From assembly GCA_021613535.1 (NCBI GenBank), contig CP075492.1, positions 2,170,001 to 2,234,000 of the forward strand: a DNA stretch of 64,000 nucleotides, given 5' to 3'. The DNA is from Adineta vaga (taxonomy: Eukaryota > Animalia > Rotifera). Positions within the stretch are counted from its first letter, which is position 1; each line of letters starts with the position of its first letter. The position numbers and the translations under genes were made by a program. The notes beneath the pieces were generated by a model. That model was not told the DNA's origin and did not search any database. It was given only the letters and a program-made list of their open reading frames with translations. This document shows positions 1 to 12,446 of the stretch, piece by piece.

Positions 1-55
1 TTTAAATCGAAATCTATATAAACTTCAATTTTTTATTCAGAATAATAATAATAGA

Positions 56-367
56 ATGCATTCAAGTATACTGATTAGTATTCTCCTAGTTATGACGATT
101 ACTGTTGTACTAGGTATTAATATTCAACATGCATATTTATCATCTAATCAACAATCGATTTTCAATGAAAATAGCGTTGGTATTGATAATTTTCAAGTAG
201 TAAAAGGTTAGTTATTCTATTAATAAAATAATTAAATTTCTATATAAATGAATATATATTTTCAAGATCAACAAGATGGATCTCGTAATTTTCGAGGTTG
301 GGGTGGAGGTGGGAGTTGGAGTAGTGGCGGAGGTTTTGGTGGAGGTGGCGCTAGTGGTGGATGGTAA
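56..367 (+). CDS. Small secreted glycine-rich peptide precursor (83 aa, 2 exons: 56-206, 267-367)
   Basis: Not in the ORF track; translated by hand. ATG at 56, hydrophobic signal-like MHSSILISILLVMTITVVLG, 60-bp GT(207)..AG(266) intron, then DQQDGSRNFRGWGGGGSWSSGGGFGGGGASGGW* in frame. TATA-like TATATAAA at 15-22 and AATAAA near 391. Confidence 0.8.
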
Positions 368-1024
368 TTATTATCAATCCAAAATATTTTAATAAAATGA
401 CTTAAAAATCTATTTATAAAATATGCATCTTTTTTTTTGATTAAATAATAAATAAATATTGTTCAAGATGATTCGTTTGACCTTCAACTAATTGTTTGTT
501 AATTGAAGATAAAATAGTCTTAAAGAATGTTTCTCATGGAAATGCGTGCTTTAATCCTTAGTCATTGTCGGGGGACCCATTTCACAGATTTTTCTTTCAA
601 AGTGCATCAAGAGTTTCTGTGTTGGACTAATCTATTTATCTAATCTTTAGACTTATGTCGGTCTATATCATCCTTATATGAAATCATAGATAAGTCTTAT
701 AGATGAAAAACACAGCTGTGGGTTTGAGTGGACCCTATGTCAATTTGGTAGGGCAGAAATCGATAGGATCAATGAATTTTCGATCATTTCATGGAACGGG
801 ATTCCAACTTCGTATCCAGGCATTAGTTTCCAGTGTAGTTCCAATTGAATCTCTGATACGGATATATGAATCGAGATTTTTAGATTTGAAATCTTTGCTT
901 TAGATTTTCTTTATTAATCTACATTTTAAGTAAACAAATATTTTAGAGTATTCTCATATACAATCAATGAAAAGGATATGGAAGTCTAACACTGATTCCG
1001 ATGACGACAATCATGAAAAGGATA

Positions 1025-1088
1025 TCTTGAGGGTGAGGATGTGGATGTTGTCTCGTTACCTACATCTTCATCTATATTCACACCCTAA
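1025..1088. repeat. Inverted telomere-like hairpin element
   Basis: TCTTGAGGGTGAG...TTCACACCCT. Confidence 0.6.
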
Positions 1089-2520
1089 TTTTATTTTTAA
1101 TGCGTATTATTTCTCGATTATATTCTCTTTATCATTCTTCAAATCCAATATTTAATCGAAACTTTTGTAAAGCTTAAGGTTATTTAATAGAAATCAGTGC
1201 AATGTTATATCGATAGTTATTAACAATTGCTTGTTAACTTCATCAAAATTCTCGCCTTCGTCTTTTTTCAACTGCATCAATTGCACGAAAAATAGTTGCC
1301 TTATTTTATATTCGTTCGAAGAATAGATTATATAACTTGTATGATATCAACAGATTAACTAGCAAGTGACTCATTTATGCAATTATTTACAAAAGTAACA
1401 AGTCTTATGATTTATAATCATGGAGAACGATTTCGTAATAAACAAAGAATTGCTCTCAATGATTTAACTATGGAACAGTAACATGAAAAACAAAATGATT
1501 TACTAATGATTGTATTTTATTGAAATTAGTTTTTGTGCAGAATTCGTACTATGATATAATATCTTCTGTTTTAATTGTCATTTGATGTTAATATATATAC
1601 AATGGGAGAAGATGTTTCAGGTATCACAATTCAATAATTGTAATCTATAAATCTTATTTTCTTTTACTTTACTATTTTAGTTGAATAACTTATTGATCGA
1701 CAGCAATATAATAGACTTAATTTTTTTCCTTATTTCTTTTCTTTTATTATAAAAATTTTCAATATATTCATTTCTAAAGTATTTGTACTCTTTTATTTTA
1801 AAAATTTTCTCTAAAATCACTATAATATGGTACTAATAAAAACAGTGATCGATACAAAATTATATACACATCCTTAAAACGGGCCGACTTACTTATTCAA
1901 TTCGATCGAACAACACCACAATCAACGCTCTACCAGAACAAGTAGGTGTCCGATGCTATTGGACTTCGTTGACGACCGCCTGCACTATTCCACATCCTAA
2001 AACAAAAATAAAACAATACATACAAAAAGCAACACAATTTAAAGTAGGTTATAATCTCTCTCTCTCTCTCAGCCCACGCTATAATCATCTATAAGCAAGG
2101 AAAAAATCACGTACTCAGAGCATCCAGAAAATTCTTCTTCGAAAATGCCTGATTAATCAATGGTCGATTTGCGTTGTTGCATTCAGTCACATCGACGTTA
2201 AACTTTGATATGGTAAAGAAAGAGAATATACCCAATGATTTTTCTTCCTACAACAGAGCATTCCATGGACTTTGATCATACAAAATGGTGGATAATGGAA
2301 TTTTTCCCATTAAAAATACACAATTTCTCTTAAAATTCAGTCATGCTCCACATTCTCATACTCTCTCCCTCTTCAGCCTATATAAGACGCCACTTTCCTT
2401 CATTGTCTTTATCATTCAATCAACCTACACTAACAAGTAAGCTTCTCTTAGACACTTTCATCATTTATATTATTATTATCGTTTAGATATATTCATTACA
2501 AACAATATATCTTTTATGTC

Positions 2521-4101
2521 ATGACTTCCAATAGTAAAAGCAATGATTTGTCAAATAACTGTTGGTATATGGATGTACAAAATCAAAAGCAAACACATCA
2601 GCTTGAATCAAATGAAGGCAGTCTCATATCAGAACTAGAACAGCAACAACAACAACAAACACAGTCGATAAAAAGAAAAAAATGCCACGGTAATCGAAAG
2701 CAACAGCGCTATCGTCGTAATCTTAGAAATCAAGGTATGAATCCAGATGCAATTAATGGAATAATCAGTAGTGAATGCATTAGTACAAATTTATCTGCAA
2801 GTGATAAAATAAATGAAGAAGAAAAAGAAGAAATGATACAATCAACCGGCGGACATATTGCTAAATTACTTGAAACAAACAAAACAATTGAACAGAATGA
2901 AATCCATCAAGAAAAAATCAACATCAAGAAAAAGAAACAGAAATCTAAATCAACTGAATCCAATTCAATGGCAAAAACTAAAGTACCAATGGTCGATACC
3001 ATAGATTACACTACTATACCTGATGAAGTATTCTCTCAAATGTTTTCTCAAGCTTTTAATGAAAAAGAGACCATTTCCTGCTTTTCAAATGAAGATGAAA
3101 AGATCAAATTAATTCGTCAATATACAAGCTTGATCGATTGTTTATGTTATTCACAATTACAAGAATTTCAATGGCGATATTATCAACAAATTGGCATAAC
3201 ACAAAATGTTTGGTATGGTCATATCACAAAACATTTAGCTGAGAAATATTCAATCTGTCCTTCATATGGTAGATCGAAAACAGCCATTCAACAACGTTTA
3301 AAACAAATTGAAACACGTTTACAACAAGCTCAAAATGCAATTAAAGAGTTTGAAGAAGAGATCTTGTTAAAATGTCCACAATACAGAGATCGCTTTCATG
3401 TCATTACAAAATTATCTTCTATTGTTAATCAGTTTGTTCAAGAAAAACAAAATGTCGTACGACATGAATTCCAAATCAAACGAAAGATACTAATCATGGA
3501 TGCAAATGATCATCAACTACTTCAAGAATTTCTTAACATAGAACCACACCAATCTCATGTAAGTAAATAATTTTCCATCAATATCCTTGTACTTGACGTA
3601 TATATTCACTTGACTGGATTTTAGATCATAACACCCAAACGTATCTGGCAAGCTACTGTTCAACAAATGTTAATAGAAGAAGACATTGCTTTATTACAAT
3701 GTCGGCTTACTTCATCACAAACTCAATCACCGTCTAACTTGCTAGGCGCTATGATTGAAGACATCAATAAGCAACTAACCAATTTAAAGGAAAATAATCG
3801 AACAGCAGCAGATACATCTAGTGTTAACTTGGATGAAATCGACAAACTGCAAACTTTCAGAAAAGATATTATTCAACAAGCAACGAATACCAGTCGCCGA
3901 TTGATACAGAATATCGACGAAAAGAATGCACTTGAAATAGAGAAATATTCCAAAAAGACACGTTTCAACGAATCTAAATCCAATTGGCACAAAACAGCAC
4001 TAAATGCCATTGAAACGCGTCGAATTCATGTGATCAGACGAGCAAATTTGATCATCAAACACAAACTAGAATCAATCGCCATTTCCAACGATCACAGATG
4101 A
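2521..4101 (+). CDS. Coiled-coil ORF1-like protein of an Athena/Terminon Penelope-like retroelement (about 504 aa; intron 3559-3624)
   Basis: ORFs 2521-3570 and 3667-4101 join in frame via GTAAGT(3559)..TTTTAG(3624). KR-rich NLS-like KRKKCHGNRKQQRYRR, coiled-coil segments and a KRIWQAT motif. Followed by hammerhead repeats and a reverse-telomeric tail. Upstream TATA near 2379 and a probable 5'UTR intron near 2437-2487. Confidence 0.7.
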
Positions 4102-4631
4102 ATATTAGAGACAGAGTACCCTAATTAAAGAAAACATTCAAATTATTATCACTTTTCATCAAACTAGTATTTCTGAACAATTTCTCTCTTATTAAAATTA
4201 TATTTCCTTCTACAAAGATATATATTTGATTTTTCTCTAGTCTAAGAATTCCAAAAACATATCTTAAATGAATTTCATTTATTCTAGATAATATATTACA
4301 AACCAAAGCCGAAATTAATCTTTGAATTATGATAACAAATCACCTATTCTCAACACGAAAATGAACTACACAAATCTTTATAAACAAGCGAATACCTTCT
4401 AATACATTCCGCGCATTATTTACTAACTACCATAGATCATAAAAAACCAAGATTATCCTACAAAATAGACATCATATAACAATCAACATATACAGCGAAC
4501 TAACAAAAACAACCACAATCTATTCCTATGCCGAACATAGAGTAACTCAAAAAACTTCCAAAAATGATTTTAAACAATTTTTCTCAATTTCAGATTGATT
4601 TAAAATATTTTGAAATCATTTTTGAATAAGA

Positions 4632-4676
4632 AGCCATTTGATAAGAACTTTAGTAAGTTCGAAACCGGTCATGGCT
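4632..4676 (+). ncRNA. Type I hammerhead ribozyme, copy 1 (C3U/G8A variant, minimal palindromic stem III)
   Basis: Stem I AGCCAT/ATGGCT; core TTGATAA; stem II GAACT-ttagta-AGTTC; GAAA; CCGG; GTC cleavage triplet ending at C4670. Confidence 0.85.
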
Positions 4677-4848
4677 GCTAGGAAACACACCGCTTACAGT
4701 CGAAAATACCATTATAAGTCGAGGTTTATGACTTTTTGTCATGAAATTTGATTTATGACAGTGTATTTTGTTCAGAATTGTTTAAATTTGATTAATTTTG
4801 ACTTTTTAAAGTTAGAATTGATTAGATTTTGAACATTTTTGAATAAGA

Positions 4849-4893
4849 AGCCATTTGATAAGAACTTTAGTAAGTTCGAAACCGGTCATGGCT
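4849..4893 (+). ncRNA. Type I hammerhead ribozyme, copy 2
   Basis: Identical to copy 1 and 217 bp downstream; predicted cleavage after C4887. Confidence 0.85.
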
Positions 4894-6339
4894 GCTAGGA
4901 AACACCCACAACCTCACCCACACCCTTTTTTGTTTTAATTGATTGAATTTTACGCAGGTTTTTTGCGCAAAATAAACATGAAAAATGGTACATGTAATCT
5001 TCATCGAAGTACTCGTGCACCCGTAAACTCTGTTTACAAACAAACAATAGTCATGATTGATGAATGTGTTGAATATAAATCTTGATGAGACCTACAACGT
5101 TATATGTGTCACCGACGGGATGATCCGAGAGTCCGAAAGAGTTCAGTAGTACTCAACAAATAAGTCCTCATCTCATTAGGTACAAAAGTTGTTAACCGCA
5201 AACGAAAGTTGTGTTTGTTTTCAGCGAAATTTAGACAAGTAAAAGTGATCAAATTACTTATTGAATTCGATGTCTGTGTAAGATAAGAAACAATTTATTC
5301 TATTTGATTCTCATACATATTCAACCAGTCCTTCATTTCGATCTCGTTGGTTGGATTTACGAGACTGAAAGTCATACTAAAATTCAACAGAATTTCTTTT
5401 CCCTTCGTCCTAGTAATAGAAAATGTTTTTTAGTTTATGTTAGAGAGTTGTCCATGCTTAATAGAACTGCGAAAAAATTTTCTGTCATTCTGTTTCGCTC
5501 TCTCGTTAAAGTGTATTACAATTCTTTTTATTTTAAAACAAAATATAAATTTGTCGCTGATGATTCCATTCTTCTATCGCAACTCTATGGGAGGCCATGT
5601 CTTTAGCACAGTTAAATATTCGCTTTACAAAAATTATTGTGATGAAAATAGAAGTAACTATCTTTATCGTTTGACTCGTAGTTTGTTTTGCTGTTCTGTT
5701 GGACCTGTGTAGATACTGCGTGTCCATAAATAGCCAATTGCTAGAGTGAATAGCATGAGTAGTAAAGAAAAAACGGGTGAGGGTGGGTGCATGCTGGCGA
5801 AAACCTCAATGGGTTAGATAGGCGAATAAAATTAGTTTTAAAATATCAAAAATCCAGATTTTCTCTCTTGATGGTCATATTTTGCTTTTCGCAGGTCGTG
5901 ATTTGATCCATAGTTTTCAATGTGCGCACACCCTATTTCTCTCTTTCATTCACTTCAAGCACTTAGCGGTAGTAAACGACAAAACAGGTAATCCAATCGA
6001 TCATTTGTTTTATCATCATATACCATTCATGTTAACAACAGAGAGGTCGATATATTCTGCAAAACTTATATTTAGAATAGATTGGTCTTCTATATTTGTA
6101 GATACTATCCTTCATTAACTTTCATTCAAATAAATACTGTTTACATAGATTTCAACAAATAGGCTGATACAATGAGATGTAATTATATGTTGCATGTATA
6201 TCATGGGCAAACTTCGATGCTGAAACTATATCTGCCAATTTGAGATTATTTTAAGCTTTACCAGCTGAGCACGCTGTTACATGAAGCACAGACAAACGAA
6301 AAAACAAGTCATTCTCAATAGGTTCTATACCGTTAGATT

Positions 6340-9300
6340 TCACCGAATACATCGGGTTAACAATGCCAAAAGCTGTTGTTTATAAACTGTAGACGGCAAA
6401 ATAAATATCAGACTGTTCAATACATATGGTAAATAAGATATAAAGTATCCAATCATAGGTAGGTAGGGATATGCATTTCTCGTTGGTCGTATGCATGTCG
6501 TATGAAATGCGATGATCACTCTCGGTACTTTAAGAAGAACTAACACAATTGGACTGATTATTAAATGTTGATGTTTTCGAATATTATCACGAAATCGAAT
6601 TTTTTCGCTTTGATTCGTTCGAGCTTTGATTCTTGCTGTGAGAACAATGATCGTCATTGCCGATATACCATTGATAATAAATGGTGCGATAAAATTAATC
6701 AAATTAATTGTCGAATCGTATGTTTGAAGAAATGTTGACGAATATGAGACAACACACCATGTTCTTCGTTCAAACTCATCGTACAATAAACGTCGATGTA
6801 ATGGATCATGTACCGTCATGCAGATCGTACAAAGAAAAACTAATCCGATTACGAATTTCGCTAATTTGTAACTGGTCTTTTGCTGAAATTTCACTCCCCG
6901 TTGAACAATCGAAACATTTTCGATTGATAAACATGCATGTAACCAATCACAGGTAATCGGCAAACATTTTAATAGATATTCAATAATTATACAACTTGAT
7001 AGATTAATTTGTTCAAAAATTAGCAATAAAATTTGAATAAAACAAATAATTATCGTTAAAATTGATAATAAAGATGAACTCAATAAATAAATACCTCTTC
7101 CTGTTTGTCGAATAATTAACTGACAAAATGTAACAGTAGAACCTAATCCATCTACAATTCCACACATGAAAATAACACAACAGACGACGAAACTAATATG
7201 AATGATTTGTAATTGTTCAATCAACGAGGCATTTGGTTTAATATACGGTCCAAGAATAGTATTCAATGAAAATATATATCCCTTTATACTAAATTGACAT
7301 AAACTCCCAAAGGTGCATTGTGGACACAAACATATACTTGTAGTTGGACATCGTTCTCTATCTTGTACGCATTCTCCATTATTCTGACATGGATTATCTT
7401 GATTTGGACATCGTGCAGTATTATTTGTAGTAATAAATGCAATACAATCAGTTTGATTAAATTTATTGCATAGACAAACTTGAGTATCGTCGTAAAAACA
7501 CGAGATATAGTTTATACATGGACGCTGGTAAAATTTTACTCGACGAAGATAAGGTAAAGATGGGAAATCTTGATTGAAGAATTCATTTATATGAGGACAT
7601 CGATTTGAATTTGTGATTTCTACTGTAGTTTGATTAAAAGGAAGGGAACTAAGCAGAACAAGATGTAATGGAAGTGATTTTTTGTTATCTGCAATAAATT
7701 GAATAAAAACGATCGGTGGGAGTTGGTTTGTTGGGTGAAATAGTTCGGTTTCGCTTTCATGAAAACGAATTTGTTTGAAATACGAACGAACTTGATGTTC
7801 GGAATGATCAAGTAATGAAATAAAATGAACGAGGATCGACGGTGGAATAGCAATCGAAGATGAAAATCTAACATTTAAACGAGACGAAATGTGTTCACAA
7901 TTTCGACCAAAATATCCCTCATCACAAACACAATACGCATCAATTGTTCGAATATCTGTTGCAACACAAATACCATGATTTCTACAAGGATTATCCTGAC
8001 ATGGATTATAATCAAGATAACATCGTGAACCAATTTTGTTTAAAGGACAAAAACATATTCCCGGAATAACACAAAGTGAATCCGGAGAGCAATCACATTC
8101 TTGCGGATGTTTTACATTACATAAAGAACCTGACCAACCTGGTTTACAATGACAAAATGAATATTCAGGGTTGTTTAAATATAATTCACATGAACCATGT
8201 AAACATGGCAAAGTTTGACAGTTTGTTCTGGTATTTTTAAAAATTCCTTCGGATAAAATTATCTGCGAAGCAATACGATTCACATAAAGAAATTCGAATT
8301 TAATTGAAAAAAACCATGCACCTCGATATTCGATTGAAGAATTTGCTAAACGGTAGATTTGAATGCGTATATGATGTTTTATGTTTTCTCTCCGTTCTAT
8401 TGGATATAATAGATCAATAATATACTTCGGTAAGCATTGTACATATGGTACATAAATAATTTCTTCAGCATGAAATACAATCGAACTGTTGGATGTTTGA
8501 ATAAGGGATATAAAAAACTTATAGACATTTGTTCGTTCAAGTAATGTTGGAATGTTAATTTCAAGAATAAGACTTAATCTTTTTCGTTGATATTCACATC
8601 GATTTCCATAATAAGCGGGTGGGCAAAAACATTGAAAACTGCCTGGATCTACAGTCGATTGTATAGGTACACCCCGATTACAATACCAGCCAAGAAAAGT
8701 ATACGATTTACGAGTAGATCGTTGAGAAACTGGTTTAAAAAGTGAGAGAACTGGTAATGTAAATGGAGAGATTAATGGTTGATCTATTAAATCACATAAC
8801 CACTCATCTTCATTGTGTTTACATCGCGATTGACCATCGCAACGTTGGTTTTGAAGTTCGTTGGATTCTATGCACGGAAAATTCGTTCTGTCGCAGGAAC
8901 TTTTCCAAGGACACAATAGAAGACTTTCGTCATCTTCTAAAGGACAATCTGAATGACAATCACAAATTTGATACGGACTGATACATTTTGAATCGTTTAA
9001 ACCTACAATAAACAAAACAAAGAACTTCTTTTCTTCTTTCTGGATGCAATTTTAAATTTACATCTGTAACGTCGTTCGAATTCGTACGGATATTTGTTTC
9101 GACAATATTCACGTTCATCACTTGCTCCTAAACAATCGATCTTGCCATCGCCAATAACTTCCACCGAGGCGCAGACGCTATTACCACCCAGTTGAATACA
9201 AAAGAATTCGTCTCCATTAAAATCACATATTTCTGCTGATAGAGTATTTCCACAAGTGTGTTCATCACTTCCATCACGACAATTCCATTGACCATTACAA

Positions 9301-11249
9301 GCGGTATATCGTGAGACGCAAGAATATTCATCACAATCTGTTTCATCTGTATCTTGATCTTGGATAGTCGGCTGAAGACGTTCTATTCCATCACATATTT
9401 CTCCAAAAGGAATTATTTGATTAACTTCCTTGCGACCGGCTAGAATATCACAAGATTCAATGGAAGTATTTGTACATAATATAGTTAAAGATTCATCAGA
9501 TCCATCAACACAATGTCTTTCAATATCGATGAGAAAACGGCGAGGTATACATCGTTTTTCTAATTTACATTGGAAACGATGAGGAAGAGCAAGATCACAT
9601 GTGCCATTGTAATTTTCATCTGTGCCGTTATAACAATCGACCACATGATCTTGTAATCGATGTTGTGAGATACATTTCGATGAATTCGAGCAATGAAATA
9701 GCGATGAATGTGGACAGGTCGAATCTTTCGTCACCGCCAATCCTGCAAAGAAATATGATTTTATTTCACAGAGAAGTGCTCTATCTCTCTACTTACTTGG
9801 CAACGAACATCCGCCAAAAGTAGTATGCAATATTTTAAAAATAATTTTCCAATCGCCATAATATTCGTTTTGATGAAATGCTCCAAATTGATTAATATGT
9901 GAGCATGTTCGATTGTAGATTATATCTGTTACTCGATATTGTGAACATCGTATGGAATCAAAACAAATGAATGTAGGAACAAAGTTTGCATGCCATGAAT
10001 ATGTTCTATTCAATGCATAAAGAAAATAGACATGATTATCATAGATAGGTTTCAATGGAAACATTATTAACGATTGATTGACACATTTCAGTTTGACTTG
10101 TGCATTACAAGTATACTTCGAACTACATAACAATTGACATTCAGATTTCGCCATAGGAAAGATAAAAGCGCATCTTAAATAATTTAAACATTCATTTGTC
10201 GGTTGAAAAAGTTGCCTCTTATAAAGTATATCTCGGCCATTAGTACATCCAAAAGGAGGTCTACGCATAACATGGGATGATGGATCTACACGTGCGACTT
10301 CTATACATCCACCATCACCACAACTGAATGGTCTTGATGAACTTATTGTCACTTGTAGGAGTTTATATGGATTACATGTCGTATCCTCACAATACCAAGA
10401 AACGTCATCGTAACATTGTCTATCATAAAATACTATTTCATCACTTTTATCTAAACAATCTGCAATGAGATCATAGAAAAAATTGTTTGAAATACATAAA
10501 CCGTTTGAACATCGATATTCAGTTAAAGGATCACATTCATTCATTTCAAGTTCAAAACAAAATTCTTCATCTTTGCCATTCAGACAATCGACATATCCTA
10601 TGTACAAAGAAATCAATAGATGAATATGGCATTGTTGATGTTCAGTATCTAACGTACCATTGCATATTTCACGCCAATCTAGACAGAGATTACGTCCGTC
10701 ACAATGAATACCTTCTATACAAGTTCCATTTGTCTGTTCTAGTACATCCCACACTTCCGAATTCGTTCTCCATTCATATAATAAAGATATCATAGTGGCC
10801 ATAGATATATCTGCAGGAAACGTAAATTGACATTTGGTACCAAATAATGGAGGCATACATTTATAATAGAGATTTTCATCTGAATCATTCGTATTCATGT
10901 TTAATTGACGTCTTTGTCGATAGATTTCATAATCTTCTATCATATCTATTGGAGCATGATCGATCAATAAAGTTTCACTTGTGACATTCAATTTGTACAA
11001 AAATGTGAACGTTACCCTATCTAATACAGAAGACGGAAACACGGAAACGTCCGGCGAACGAACACAATACGGTACAAGTGTATACACGCGACCAAATGTT
11101 GTCATAAAATAATACAAACAGTTTGTTTCGAAGTCGAACTGTTCATTCCTCGTTTTGTAAAGTAATTCGGGATAATATGATACACCATGACAGATTTGTA
11201 TGAAGACGAGAAACGCAGAATATACATATATCGTGTTCTCATACTTCAT
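6340..11249 (-). CDS. LDLa-repeat/EGF-repeat 7TM receptor (class A GPCR with a large ectodomain), 4 exons
   Basis: Three ORFs are joined by GT-AG introns 9743-9796 and 9003-9061, plus an in-frame 60-bp intron at 10598-10657. Signal peptide, LDLa motifs (DCxDxSDE), EGF motifs (CxCPPxYYGxRC) and seven hydrophobic segments. Confidence 0.85.
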
Positions 11250-11758
11250 GCCTTATAATTCTGTGTTAACCAGTGTGTCAAAATAGAGAATGACAGGATT
11301 TTCTGCTTCATTAAAATTATGATTGGGCAAATACATTGACATACCAGATGGTTTATTGTTGTCAAGGCGTGACATGATTGTGTTGATAAAATTGAGGAAT
11401 GTTGTAAATAGAAGTTGATTTTACAGAACATTTGTTCTCTTATTTCTTTATCGAATTTGTTGAGTAGCTTAGAATGATGTTCAATTCAAATCGGTTAGAA
11501 AACGAGAAATTAAAGCAAATGATTTACATGATGATGTTCTTACAGAAAAGTCATTTTTCGATTAGAAGTTCCCTCGTCATTTTACATTGGATGCATCTGC
11601 GAACTACACAACCACTAAGCAAAGTTCTAAAAAAAATGATCACCTATTCATTTATGAGCTTCTTTGGAATCTGCATCTACATCTGATTTATTCGTATTTA
11701 TTGTTATCGCTCGGTCTTTTTCAGACGATACAGAAAACTATGAGTTGTGGGAATAATT

Positions 11759-12446
11759 TTAGTGAAGAAAGGGATTGAAACTGCCAAATTTTTGAACACA
11801 TGCACGACAGATACAACCGCCTTCGCAGTGATGAAGTGCTATATTGCTGAACTCAGTACCTTTCTGACAGTTCGCGCAAGTGAACGGGCTACTCATTTGA
11901 GAATATTGTCCAAACGAACAAGACGAGATACGATGTTGCTTTTTCAGCGCTTCGCCACACAACGATACCTTCTTATTTTGGCGGAGTTTATGTTCGTTTT
12001 GATATGATAATCCTGCCGAAGAGTGGCTACCGAAAAGTCTTGCAGCGTTTTGTTGTATTCGACATTCACCAACTGAACCAGTACATCGATCACTCATTGG
12101 CTTTCCTTTGTTAAACAGTGTAGCAAGGAATTGAGTGTATGCGTGATTGCGTTGTTTTTCTTGTTCAAGTTGCTGCCGAAGTGTTTGTAATTCATTAATT
12201 AACGGATCGTAAACATTCTTCAGAGATTGATTAACATCGGCAATAACTGGACGAATTTTTTGGAAAGGACATTCTCGAAGATGATTTGCTAGTGTACTGC
12301 GGGCTCCTTTCCATGTACATTTGATGTCAGATGCAGGACAAGGAACTATCTGTTGAGGACATTGTTCTTCGTGTTGATTGATGTCACCGCGTTGTATGTT
12401 TGGTCGCATCGTTTACAGCGCATTTGAAGTCTATGCAGTTGATTAA
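11759..12446 (-). pseudogene. TRAF-type zinc-finger protein, 5'-truncated by the piggyBac and frameshifted
   Basis: HEEQCPQQIVPCPASDIKCTWKG..H...C (zf-TRAF), a coiled coil and a Cys-rich C-terminus. The upstream frame LNQLHRLQMRCKRCDQ runs into the TTAA TSD and is shifted relative to NIQRGD. Confidence 0.7.

Larger units (their letters stand above)
4617..4905 (+). repeat. 72-bp perfect direct repeat pair (4617-4688, 4834-4905)
   Basis: CATTTTTGAATAAGAAGCC...GCTAGGAAACAC occurs twice, with a period of 217 bp. Confidence 0.95.
2300..4925 (+). mobile_element. 5'-truncated 3' end of an Athena/Terminon-like retroelement
   Basis: Order is coiled-coil ORF, then 72-bp direct repeats with hammerhead motifs (pLTR-like), then ACACCCACAACCTCACCCACACCC. 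No RT is present. The 5' boundary is approximate. Confidence 0.65.

Noticed and set aside
551-740. Possible piggyBac-type MITE remnant (TTAA..GGGGACCC, GGACCC motifs)
   Set aside because: No matching second terminus or TSD could be identified.
4925-5817. Possible MITE ending in GGGTGAGGGTGGGTG..AATGGGTTA; short ORFs 5304-5727
   Set aside because: The left boundary is unresolved and the ORFs have no recognisable motifs.
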